Below the pieces are notes generated by a model. The model was not told the DNA's origin and made no database searches. It saw nothing but the letters and a program-made list of their open reading frames with translations. From Acaryochloris marina S15 (lineage in GTDB: Bacteria > Cyanobacteriota > Cyanobacteriia > Thermosynechococcales > Thermosynechococcaceae), in contig NZ_CP064923.1 in the NCBI RefSeq assembly GCF_018336915.1, positions 5,380,924-5,404,923 on the forward strand: a stretch of DNA of 24,000 bases, read 5' to 3'. The position numbers and the translations under genes were made by a program. Position 1 is the first letter of the stretch. Each line of letters opens with the position of its first letter. Positions 1-7,807 of the stretch are shown here, piece by piece.

Positions 1-1
1 T

Positions 2-928
2 CCATCCAGTTTGTGGAACTGGGTGCAATCCGTGGGTAACAAAGCTCAGCAGGAATTAGAAGCTCAACTCAACGCTCAATCATCAGGGACTCAGGCCCCT
101 TGTGAAGCGATTTCAGAGATGTTATCTGCTCTACCTTTGGCCATTGCCGCCGATGGTGTGATGGTCCCCTTTCGCCCCACCCCGAACTCACCCAAGGGAA
201 AAATCCAGTGGCGAGAAGTCAAAGTCGCCATCTTAGCTCGCCTGGGAACACGGGTTACCCGAGCTAAAAAGGAGGTCCCCCAATTACTGCGTCGAAGACT
301 GGTGGCAGTATTGGGCGATATCGACCAGTTCATCCCTTTACTTCAACTCGAAGCTCACAAACAAGACTTTGAATCTGCTCCAAAAGTCATCTGGCTCAGT
401 GATGGGGGACGAGGCTTCTGGCGAGTCTATCGCACCTTGTTCTCTCATTGTGCTGTGGCAGTCCTCGACTTTTTTCATTCAGCAGGCCATCTGGCACGAG
501 CAACTAAAGCGATGTTTGGAGATGCCCGCTCTGCTCAAGCCCAAGCCTGGTTCCGGCACTGGCGACACCAATTGCGACACGGGCAACACCTACTTGTATT
601 ACGGTCCTTGACGATATTGATTCACTCACAACTGTTAACGGGAAAGTCTTTTTCAACGTTGCTCCAGGTGCAGGCTTATTTCCAACGCCATCATAACCAC
701 ATCCGTTATCGGCACTTTGAACAGCAACAGATTCCTCTCGGGTCAGGAATGGTTGAAAGTGCATGCAAGTGGTTGATTCAGCAGCGCTTTAAGGGAGTTG
801 GCATGCGCTGGAGTGAGGATGGTTTCAACCATTTACTGATCTTGAGAATTGCCTGGGTCAATGAACGGTTTGACTCCTTATTCCCAGAGGTGACCATTCC
901 GAAAACTAAGGCATCCCCGATCCGCTAA
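2..928 (+). CDS. ISKra4-like DDE transposase, C-terminal ~305 aa (5' end lies outside the window)
   Basis: The frame is open to the window edge. The C-terminal motifs resemble ISKra4-family transposases as I remember them: WLSDGGRGFW, LDFFHSAGHL, and GSGMVESACKWLIQQRFKGVGMRWSEDGFNHLLILRIAWVNERF. The internal ORFs 91-333, 369-611 and 504-764 are shadow frames. Confidence 0.7.
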   Translation, partial: PSSLWNWVQSVGNKAQQELEAQLNAQSSGTQAPCEAISEMLSALPLAIAADGVMVPFRPTPNSPKGKIQWREVKVAILARLGTRVTRAKKEVPQLLRRRLVAVLGDIDQFIPLLQLEAHKQDFESAPKVIWLSDGGRGFWRVYRTLFSHCAVAVLDFFHSAGHLARATKAMFGDARSAQAQAWFRHWRHQLRHGQHLLVLRSLTILIHSQLLTGKSFSTLLQVQAYFQRHHNHIRYRHFEQQQIPLGSGMVESACKWLIQQRFKGVGMRWSEDGFNHLLILRIAWVNERFDSLFPEVTIPKTKASPIR

Positions 929-1261
929 ATACGCCCCATCATCACCGTGATCGCTTATCCGTACCTCAGCATAGTCAGTGGCGGGAATAGGAACCTGTTG
1001 TTCAAACCAGTTAAGTTTCCAGCTAGCGTTGATAGCGATGTTGTCTGGGCGGGGTTGAAAGGTATTATTTATAACTGATTCTAAGGTATTATTTGTAGCT
1101 GATTCTATTGATAAACCTAGCTTTAATGCTCGGCATCGTTTTGGCCAAGTATCTAAACTCAACCCGGATGGTGGCTTTAAAGCTTGACTTTTGGCGCAAC
1201 TCGTTACGGCAATCAGCCCCAAACAGACCAAGAGTTTTGAAATAGAATTATTATGGTTCAT
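878..1261 (-). CDS. hypothetical lipoprotein, 3' end probably replaced by the adjacent IS
   Basis: ATG at 1259-1261. The N-terminus MNHNNSISKLLVCLGLIAVTSC has a signal peptide and a lipobox (VTSC). The last ~17 codons run into the transposase 3' end (878-928), which fits truncation by the IS insertion. The region is AT-rich and I recognise no family. Confidence 0.35.
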   Translation of the reverse strand: MNHNNSISKLLVCLGLIAVTSCAKSQALKPPSGLSLDTWPKRCRALKLGLSIESATNNTLESVINNTFQPRPDNIAINASWKLNWFEQQVPIPATDYAEVRISDHGDDGAYLADRGCLSFRNGHLWE

Positions 1262-1534
1262 TCTCAAGCCCAAACCTATTATTGAAGTCCTGAATTTATG
1301 ATGTTCTTAAGATGCCCAATAAGGGTCATTTCTCTGATGTTGTCAAGAGAATTACGACATTGTTTATGGACTATTATTAAAGATGTCAAATATCCAATTG
1401 TAGAAATATCACCTAATGGTAGTGGGGACTGTATGTGAGTCCATCAATTATCATTAATGGACTAAAAATTACTCAGAATATCCTTGGCGCTGGGGTTGTC
1501 ACTGAGCTAATCATCAAGTAGCTCATCGGCTCGA

Positions 1535-2110
1535 TTAGGAACTTTTGCTGGTATCTGCTTGTAAAGTATCAATCACTTCTTGACACCAATCGATCCATTC
1601 TTGTTCATATCGAATTCCTCGTCTCAGGGTCAAGTACCGGAATTGCATAGCTGGCTCTGGGGCTTCTACCTGTTGGAAACAGATTTCCTTCTCTAGATAT
1701 CGGTCCAATTTTTTCTGGTGGAGGGCTTGACGCGCTTTGACCTGTTGAATCAGCAGGGAACGGGGTACGTAGGGGCCTGCCAGTACTTTGACTAAGAGAT
1801 CCTCGCGAATAGGCGTAGGTGTGGAAGGCTGAGCATACCAGTCCAGCAACTCTTGCTTACCCACATTTGTGATCTGATAGAGCTTCTTATCTGGCTTGCC
1901 TTGTTGGGGAACCAGTTCATAGGTCACCCAGCCTTGGGTTTCTATTTTGGATAACTCTCGATAAATCTGTTGCTGGCTGGCTTTCCAAAAGCAGCTCACC
2001 GATTCCTCAAAGCGTTTGCTGAGGTCATAGCCGCTATGGGGAGCCTCAGATAAAACCGTCAAAATCGTGTGGGCTAGAGTCATGGAATGGTGATGGGGTG
2101 GCGTTGACAT
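1535..2110 (-). CDS. PadR-family transcriptional regulator (winged HTH plus C-terminal dimerisation domain)
   Basis: The translation ILTVLSEAPHSGYDLSKRFEESVSCFWKASQQQIYRELSKIETQGWVTYE...GKPDKKLYQITNVGKQEL matches the PadR wHTH pattern. The long helical C-terminal half is typical of two-domain PadR proteins. Start is uncertain: TTG 2119, ATG 2110 or ATG 2083. Confidence 0.9.
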   Translation of the reverse strand: MSTPPHHHSMTLAHTILTVLSEAPHSGYDLSKRFEESVSCFWKASQQQIYRELSKIETQGWVTYELVPQQGKPDKKLYQITNVGKQELLDWYAQPSTPTPIREDLLVKVLAGPYVPRSLLIQQVKARQALHQKKLDRYLEKEICFQQVEAPEPAMQFRYLTLRRGIRYEQEWIDWCQEVIDTLQADTSKSS

Positions 2111-2176
2111 ATCCAACAAGGCGAGTATAAATTATTGTTGAATACTCAACAAATTGTATATCAACAAGTTGGATAT
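2109..2176. promoter_or_regulatory. divergent padR/MFP control region with nested palindromic operator and a sigma70-like padR promoter
   Basis: Perfect inverted repeat TTGTTGA-ATAC-TCAACAA at 2135-2152. An outer inverted pair ATATCCAAC (2109-2117) and GTTGGATAT (2168-2176) is centred within 1 bp of the same axis. On the minus strand, TTGTTG (2152-2147), a 17-nt spacer and TATACT (2129-2124) form a -35/-10 pair. The palindrome therefore overlaps the -35 element and the spacer. Confidence 0.45.
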
Positions 2177-2202
2177 GAACGATAACTCAATCCTCCCCTT
2201 CG

Positions 2203-2910
2203 TTGCCCAAACGCGCTCAATCTTCTTTTAGACTTCGCTCTTGGAAATCACCACGAACCTTGGGATGGGTGGTTTTGGGAGTGAGTGCAGTGGCGATTGG
2301 CATAAAAACTTGGGGTGCGCCTCAGACTGGACCTGCTCCTAGGCAGGCCATCTTGCCTGTGGCTACTTTGGCACTGCAGCCGTCTACCTTCTATGACATT
2401 CAGCGCACCTACGCGGGGGAAGTCCAGGCAAATCGCACCAGTGAATTGGGGTTTGAGCTGACGGGGACCTTGATTGAGATTGCTGTGGATGAAGGGGATT
2501 GGGTGCAGCAAGGTATGCCCCTAGCTCGTTTGGATACTCGTAGCTTAGCCGCTCAACGCCAGCAGCTTTTGGCTCAAAAAGCCCAGGCCCAAGCCCAGTT
2601 CCGAGAGCTAAAAACAGGACCGAGAACGGAAGAGATTGGAGCGGCTCGGGCTGCCGTTGAAGATTTAGGACAGCAGCGCTTGTTGGCAGAAAAGCAAAGT
2701 AAACGCCGCCAAGAACTCTATGAAAAAGGGGCTATTTCCCGCGAGGCTTTTGAAGAACGATATTTTGCCGCTCAAGCATTGAAAAAACGCCAGGGCCAAG
2801 CTCACAAACGGTTAGAAGAATTGCTAGCGGGGACACGGGTGGAGCAGGAAAAGTCAGATCAGAAATCTCGTCAATATCAGCCTGAGACGGTAGTTGCGAT
2901 CTCAGCTTAG
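2203..2910 (+). pseudogene. truncated HlyD-family membrane-fusion (periplasmic adaptor) protein, N-terminal ~215 aa only
   Basis: It has an N-terminal TM anchor (LGWVVLGVSAVAIG), a lipoyl-half motif (GTLIEIAVDEGDWVQQGMPLARLD) and a coiled-coil hairpin (LAAQRQQLLAQKAQAQAQFRELKTGPRTEEIGAARAAVEDL...). Similarity to adaptor proteins ends near 2850. The second lipoyl half, the beta-barrel and the membrane-proximal domain are all absent. No transporter gene follows. Confidence 0.7.
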
Positions 2911-2993
2911 GGATGAATGAGGCAGGTTGGCCAAGGCTGGGATGGGGGTCTGAACCAGCTCGACATTTATCTTGGCAACATCTCAAATCAGTA

Positions 2994-3004
2994 GGTTCTA
3001 TTAG
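2994..3004. repeat. target-site duplication, left copy (GGTTCTATTAG) of the ISAs1-family IS
   Basis: GTTCTATTAG at 2995-3004 is repeated exactly at 4335-4344. The match is 11 bp if the ambiguous G at 4334 is counted. Confidence 0.85.
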
Positions 3005-4334
3005 CAGGGTAAGCGCAAGAAAATCAAGCCTCTGAAAGGCTAGACTGTAAAGGAATAGAAGCGCCTAGAACTTTGAGCATATACGCTTCATCCATGCTCG
3101 CCCGTTTTAGTTTTTGACGGGTACTTTTCTTAAAGGACGTTTCTTGATTGAGAAGGTTGATGCTCCAGCGCCTCAGGATGGCCATGTTTTCCGGTGCATG
3201 TCCTGTGCGAATGCGGCTAGCATCTTCGCCAAAGGTCACATCTAAGACCCAGTGGAGTTGGTTCTCAATCGACCAATGCTGGCGGATGGCTTTGCCCAAC
3301 TGCTGAGCATTTGGCGGTAGAGAGCTGATATAAAACATCACCTCATAGGTGGTTTTGTTCCACAAGTGGCGGGTCCGAGCGACCTTGACGATGGTTTGCA
3401 AGCCCTTCCACTGCGCCTGCTTGTAGAGAGGACCCATCTGTTGAAGGGACACGGCCCAAACTTGTCGTTTCTCGCGACGATGGTGCCCTGCTTCCACCCG
3501 GGCATCATAGCTGTGCTCAATGCCCTTAAACTCATTCGCTTCAGCCGTTTCAAACCATTGCTCAACCTGCTCAAACAGCGTGGGATGATTCTCCTTGAGG
3601 GCCAGCACATAGTCAGCCTCTTTAGCTTGAATGTGGCGGGCAATCTCGTGCTGAGTTCCCATTGCATCAATGGTAATAATGCACCCGGCAATGTCTAATA
3701 GCTCTAGCAGTGCTGGAATAGCGGTAATTTCGTTACTCTTGTCTGCAACTTTGACCTGTCCTAGAAATAACCGATACTCACTGGCCCAAGCACTGACCAG
3801 ATGCAATGCGGATTGGTCTTGATTGCGATCATAGGAACCTCTGAGTTGTTTGCCGTCAATCGGTATCACTTGAGCGCCGAGGGTTGTCACTACCTGATCC
3901 AACCAGTGATTGAAACTCCGCTCAAAAGCGGAGGGGCAAATACGCTCAAACACTCGTCGATAGGTGTCTGCTGTCGGTATCCCGGACGGTAGCCTCAGAA
4001 AACTCGACAACCAATCTTGATGGCTTAGACCATAGGTTTCAATGTCTTCCCACCCTTGTGCGCCACCTAAACTTGCCAATAGTCCAATCACGACGATGCT
4101 GACAAACGGATGCTGGACACCTTGGCCTCCACGTGGATCAGGCAAATCTTCAAAACACTCGGACAATTGTTGATAAGCCTGATCGCAATCACTGGCAGGC
4201 AGGAGTGACGAGGATGAGTCAGTGGAAGCTGGTGAGGAAGGAGGCTTGCTGAATCCTGTAGCCATGGGGAAACCCTTTTAACAGAATGGAGTTCCAAAGC
4301 ATATTACAGCTTCATTTTTCTTGCGCTGCCCCTG
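3005..4334 (-). mobile_element. complete ISAs1-family insertion sequence (~1330 bp)
   Basis: Left end CAGGGTAAGCGCAAGAAAAT (3005-3024). The reverse complement of the right end (4314-4334) is CAGGGGCAGCGCAAGAAAAAT, giving 17 matches over the first 19 positions. It carries a single intact transposase ORF and is flanked by a 10-11 bp direct repeat. Confidence 0.9.
3024..4265 (-). CDS. ISAs1-family (H-repeat-associated) DDE transposase, 413 aa, intact
   Basis: Motifs LPDPRGGQGVQHPFVSIVVIGLLASLGG, IPIDGKQLRGSYD, KSNEITAIPALLELLDIAGCIITIDAMGTQHEIA, RQHWSIENQLHWVLDVTFGEDASRIR. Confidence 0.95.
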   Translation of the reverse strand: MATGFSKPPSSPASTDSSSSLLPASDCDQAYQQLSECFEDLPDPRGGQGVQHPFVSIVVIGLLASLGGAQGWEDIETYGLSHQDWLSSFLRLPSGIPTADTYRRVFERICPSAFERSFNHWLDQVVTTLGAQVIPIDGKQLRGSYDRNQDQSALHLVSAWASEYRLFLGQVKVADKSNEITAIPALLELLDIAGCIITIDAMGTQHEIARHIQAKEADYVLALKENHPTLFEQVEQWFETAEANEFKGIEHSYDARVEAGHHRREKRQVWAVSLQQMGPLYKQAQWKGLQTIVKVARTRHLWNKTTYEVMFYISSLPPNAQQLGKAIRQHWSIENQLHWVLDVTFGEDASRIRTGHAPENMAILRRWSINLLNQETSFKKSTRQKLKRASMDEAYMLKVLGASIPLQSSLSEA

Positions 4335-4344
4335 GTTCTATTAG
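4334..4344. repeat. target-site duplication, right copy of the ISAs1-family IS
   Basis: Exact repeat of 2994-3004 lying directly outside the right inverted repeat. Confidence 0.85.
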
Positions 4345-4385
4345 ACCTGCGGAACACTTTGTTTTAGATTGCCAGTGAGGTGACT

Positions 4386-4407
4386 GTTACGTCTTTAGAG
4401 ACGTTAC
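4386..4407 (+). other. imperfect hairpin 14 bp upstream of the Y1 transposase start (possible IS200/IS605-type or REP-like subterminal structure)
   Basis: GTTACGTCT-TTAG-AGACGTTAC: a 6-bp perfect core (ACGTCT/AGACGT) extended by two more pairs across one T-T mismatch. Confidence 0.3.
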
Positions 4408-4420
4408 TTAGAGATGCTCC

Positions 4421-5200
4421 ATGCCACGTCATCCGCGAACGCTGAAACCTAGCTATTGCTATCACATCACCACCCGCTGTAATAATCGTGACTTTCGGTT
4501 AGTGCGGGAAGAATGTCGGGATGTTTTGCTCTATGCCATTCATAAATGCCAGGTCAAATATGGTTTTAAGCTGTATGCCCTCTGCATTATGAGCAACCAT
4601 GTCCATTACCTGTTGGAACCTGCCCAGCCCCAGGACCTGCCCAAAATCATGCACTGGCTGAACTGGTATACGGCCATGTGTTTTAACCGGATGCTCAATC
4701 GCAGTGGGCACTTCTGGGAAAAGCGCTATCACAGCACGGGGTTTCCGAATACGGATAAGCGACGGGCGTTGAATACGCTGCGGTATATCCATGCCAACCC
4801 GAAAGCGGCGAAGATGCAGCAGGGCTTTTTCTATGATTACAGCAACTATGGCAGCTATGAGCGGCTAACCAATGACGGAATTAGCCAATGGCATCCAGCT
4901 TTTCTGGCGTTGGGAGCGACAATTGAAATTTGTGCTCGGGCTTATCGGCGCTTTTGCCAGCGGTACAAGCCCAAGCCCAAACCACCCAAGCGCATTTATT
5001 GGGGCACGAACCTATTGGCGAAGTTGAGGTTAAAGCGGAAAGTCCATAAACCATCCCCTGGACAAACTCGGTTGCCTTGGGATGATTGGGATGGGGTAGA
5101 CCCAGAGATTCAGGCAGTGGCGATGAAGTTTGTGTTGGCAAATTGCTTAAACCCGGAGGTGGTGAAGACTCGATATGAGCCTGATTTTATACAGTTATAG
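4421..5200 (+). CDS. HUH-Y1 tyrosine transposase, IS200-like / REP-associated (RayT-like), 259 aa
   Basis: YHITTRCNNRDF, the HUH motif SNHVHYLL (His60-Val-His62, nt 4598-4606), GHFWEKRYHS, and the catalytic Tyr region LRYIHANP. At 259 aa it is longer than classical IS200 TnpA and fits the COG1943/RayT-like group better. Confidence 0.8.
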   Translation: MPRHPRTLKPSYCYHITTRCNNRDFRLVREECRDVLLYAIHKCQVKYGFKLYALCIMSNHVHYLLEPAQPQDLPKIMHWLNWYTAMCFNRMLNRSGHFWEKRYHSTGFPNTDKRRALNTLRYIHANPKAAKMQQGFFYDYSNYGSYERLTNDGISQWHPAFLALGATIEICARAYRRFCQRYKPKPKPPKRIYWGTNLLAKLRLKRKVHKPSPGQTRLPWDDWDGVDPEIQAVAMKFVLANCLNPEVVKTRYEPDFIQL

Positions 5201-5316
5201 ATAAAAAATTGGGTTTGCTAGGTGCCAGGTAAGGAATCGCTAAAAGGACGGGTTTTATGTTGATCTGAATGTGGAAATGAAATTTAAAAATGCTCAGGAC
5301 TGTCTCGTGCTACAGT

Positions 5317-7581
5317 CTACAAGTCTTTGCGCGAGAGAAGAGATTGCGCGAGAGAAGAGAGAATACCCAACGGTAATTCTCCCTCAAATCCAAACGGTAA
5401 TTCTCCGTCAAGAGAATTTTCGAGATCGTATGTTGGATTTTGCCACTTGCCATTGTTTGTCCAGCCGATGCGATCGCAGAACGTTCTTGTAAACTCATTG
5501 TAATCTGTCGGGCTTCCGCACTCTTCCCAAATCCGTTTTTGAACACTAAAGCCCCACTTGCCATCGCTGTACTTAACCCACAGACGATCCAGCATTTGCA
5601 AATCGTCGCAGGGAAAAGTCTTTAGGTCATCGCTATTCAAATATTGCCCTTCTTCTTTCCCCACGGTGGTAATCATCAACCGATAGGTCTCCTGGTCGGC
5701 TTCACGCCATTGTTGGGTTTGTAGAAGCGTCTCTAGGTTGGCATATCGAGACGTTTCAACTTGGGAGGTAGTTTTTTCAAATGCAGCCAATTCCTCTGCA
5801 GTTAAGTCCAGCCGTTTGGTAGTGTCTTGCTGGATGGTATAGGCCAAATCAATGGCCTCTTGGCGCAAAGCTTCCCGAATCAATGGCGTAGGGTTGACCT
5901 GGGAGGCATAGAGCAAAATCGTCTGTTTCCACCAATCATTCTGGAGATGTTTATAAAGCAACGCTTCTTGCTTATCATCAGCAATCTGAGTGGCAGCCAA
6001 ATACTCTTGCAAACTGAGATGAGCGAACTCAAATTCACCCAATTCCCGCTCTACCAGCAATTCGCTAATTTGCACCACTTCTGCCAAGAAATTCTTTTGT
6101 TCAACTTGTTCCTGTTGCAGTTTTATATATTTCTTGATTCGTTCCTCTAGGTCAGAGTGACCCAACCGCTCCTCATGGGCTTCCATCATGGATAACGCCA
6201 ACCGTTGCAAGATAAGCTGGGCTTCACAATCGATTAAACAAGTCTTCAGCTTTCGTGCCCTTGGCCGGTCTCGAAGCTGTAACGTACAAATCTCTCGATA
6301 TAGTTCAACCCTGCGTTTAGGTAACTCTGCGCCGGGATATCGCCAATGGAACGACACAATCATATTCAGCAAGAGTGGATTTCTGGCTAAATCCTTCAGC
6401 TCTTGCCGCGCTTCAATTTGGGTTAGCAGTTCCTCAGCGGCAGTTTTTGCAGCATGCTCAACGTCGGGAGTCAACTCTCCCCCACTGGCATATTGCTCTT
6501 GGTACAAATACCAATTCTCTACAAAATTTCGGCGTTGGGATTCGCTAAAGTCTTGCACCCAAAGGATAGGAAGTTCCAATCGGTCGACTAGCTCCTGATC
6601 TTTATAGGCTTTAGGACGTGAAGTGACTATAAATACTGATTTGCTGTAATGGCGCATCTGATCATTAATCCATCGAGCCACCACCGGACGTTGCCCAGAG
6701 GCCACCTCATCGAAGCCATCCAGCATTACCACTGCTTCACCTTGATTAAGCTTCTTTTTAACCCAATCTTTTGGTAAATCAGCTAACTTATCAAAATCCG
6801 GCAAATCTGGAATATGGTGATTTCTAATCAACTCCGGTAAAGTCGGTGGTTGCTCTTGAGCCAATAGGTCTCGATGTTTACGCAGCACCAGCAAAAAAGG
6901 GACTCGTCTGGGTACACCGTATTTACCTTGTTGGTTCATGCCATAGGTATAGGCAATATGCTTTAGCAGCGTCGTTTTGCCATAACCACCCCAAGCCAGT
7001 ACCCCAATTTGGCTGTGGGTCATGAAGTTTGAGTCTTTCCAGGTCTTACTCAGAAAATCCCAAATTTCACTCTCCTGCATCTCATTAAAGGAAAGCTTTG
7101 TAGGATGTTGCATAGGAGACTCTCTCAAACCCGACGGTAAGGAGTTCCGGTCCAATTGCAAAGGAACATAAATCTCCTCCAGTAGAGGCCGGAAAATGCC
7201 ATCGTGTTGAATCACCCCTTCAGATTTCTGGCGACGGCAAGCCCAAGCTTGACATCGAAAATACTGTTCTTCTACGCCACTAACTTTAGCAATGCCATGA
7301 TCAATCGCTTTATTGGCTGCTTCTCCTGCTTTTGTTAGGCGATCTTGAGTACCTTTATGAACCGGGTTTAGCAAACTGGCTCCATAGGAAATCCCCAAAC
7401 CAATCACCCCAGATGCCAAGGCTTTGGGGATATCACTATCATTGAACAGAGACCAAAACGCACCTGCTCCACCTACCGTCACCCCGCCTGTCCGTACTGC
7501 TTTAACAACAACATCTGCAATCTGGTCACTGAGAGAAACCTTAGCTTTAGGTTTTGGAGTAGGTTTATCAGTCTTGGTCAT
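5317..7581 (-). CDS. NACHT-family STAND NTPase with Gly-zipper-like hydrophobic N-terminus and C-terminal GUN4 domain (754 aa)
   Basis: Walker A VLAWGGYGKTTLL (nt ~6970-6993) and Walker B AVVMLDGFDEV (nt ~6705-6733), followed by IVTSRP and a helical/winged-helix region. The C-terminus READQETYRLM...LKTFPCDDLQMLDRLWVKYSDGKWGFSVQKRIW...FCDRIGW matches the GUN4 signature (nt ~5376-5760). The N-terminus carries GGVTVGGAGAFWSLF and ALASGVIGLGISYGASLL (nt ~7356-7521). Confidence 0.85.
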   Translation of the reverse strand: MTKTDKPTPKPKAKVSLSDQIADVVVKAVRTGGVTVGGAGAFWSLFNDSDIPKALASGVIGLGISYGASLLNPVHKGTQDRLTKAGEAANKAIDHGIAKVSGVEEQYFRCQAWACRRQKSEGVIQHDGIFRPLLEEIYVPLQLDRNSLPSGLRESPMQHPTKLSFNEMQESEIWDFLSKTWKDSNFMTHSQIGVLAWGGYGKTTLLKHIAYTYGMNQQGKYGVPRRVPFLLVLRKHRDLLAQEQPPTLPELIRNHHIPDLPDFDKLADLPKDWVKKKLNQGEAVVMLDGFDEVASGQRPVVARWINDQMRHYSKSVFIVTSRPKAYKDQELVDRLELPILWVQDFSESQRRNFVENWYLYQEQYASGGELTPDVEHAAKTAAEELLTQIEARQELKDLARNPLLLNMIVSFHWRYPGAELPKRRVELYREICTLQLRDRPRARKLKTCLIDCEAQLILQRLALSMMEAHEERLGHSDLEERIKKYIKLQQEQVEQKNFLAEVVQISELLVERELGEFEFAHLSLQEYLAATQIADDKQEALLYKHLQNDWWKQTILLYASQVNPTPLIREALRQEAIDLAYTIQQDTTKRLDLTAEELAAFEKTTSQVETSRYANLETLLQTQQWREADQETYRLMITTVGKEEGQYLNSDDLKTFPCDDLQMLDRLWVKYSDGKWGFSVQKRIWEECGSPTDYNEFTRTFCDRIGWTNNGKWQNPTYDLENSLDGELPFGFEGELPLGILSSLAQSLLSRKDL

Positions 7582-7720
7582 AGCTCTAGAAATATGGCAC
7601 TGCTTTTAATACAAGACAAAACTTTTTCAGCTAGCTAGGGGTATGTTTTTTAGGAGAGCACGACTCCTCACAATTAGATCCGATGTTTTTCTAGTCAACA
7701 GTCTCAATTATGCTGCATTT

Positions 7721-7795
7721 GCCCCCTAAATCCCCCATTCTGGGGGACTTTGATTGTCGATCAATGCTTTGCTCACTCGCATGTCTGATTTTGCC
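7721..7795 (-). pseudogene. orphan copy of the last ~25 codons of a DUF559 gene plus the 33-bp motif
   Basis: 7721-7791 aligns with 7812-7882 at a 91-bp offset with only a few mismatches. Reverse translation gives ...ASEQSIDRQSKSPRMGDLGG, matching the C-terminus of the intact DUF559 ORF. No upstream coding part is present. Confidence 0.6.
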
Positions 7796-7807
7796 AACAT
7801 CTTCTGT

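Noticed and set aside
1503-1525. Hairpin TGAGCTA-N9-TAGCTCA 10 nt downstream of the padR stop as an intrinsic terminator.
   Set aside because: No U-tract follows it on the minus strand, so it cannot be called a Rho-independent terminator with any confidence.
2732-2986. An 84-aa minus-strand ORF between the adaptor remnant and the IS.
   Set aside because: It overlaps the adaptor coding region in antisense, has no motifs, and spans a junction of unrelated DNA segments.
5271-7609. Several 60-136 aa ORFs (5271-5492, 5310-5564, 5440-5625, 5827-6150, 6188-6598, 7424-7609) overlapping the NACHT gene.
   Set aside because: They are shadow or antisense frames of a 754-aa ORF with clear domain motifs. 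None has recognisable motifs, and their composition is low-complexity.
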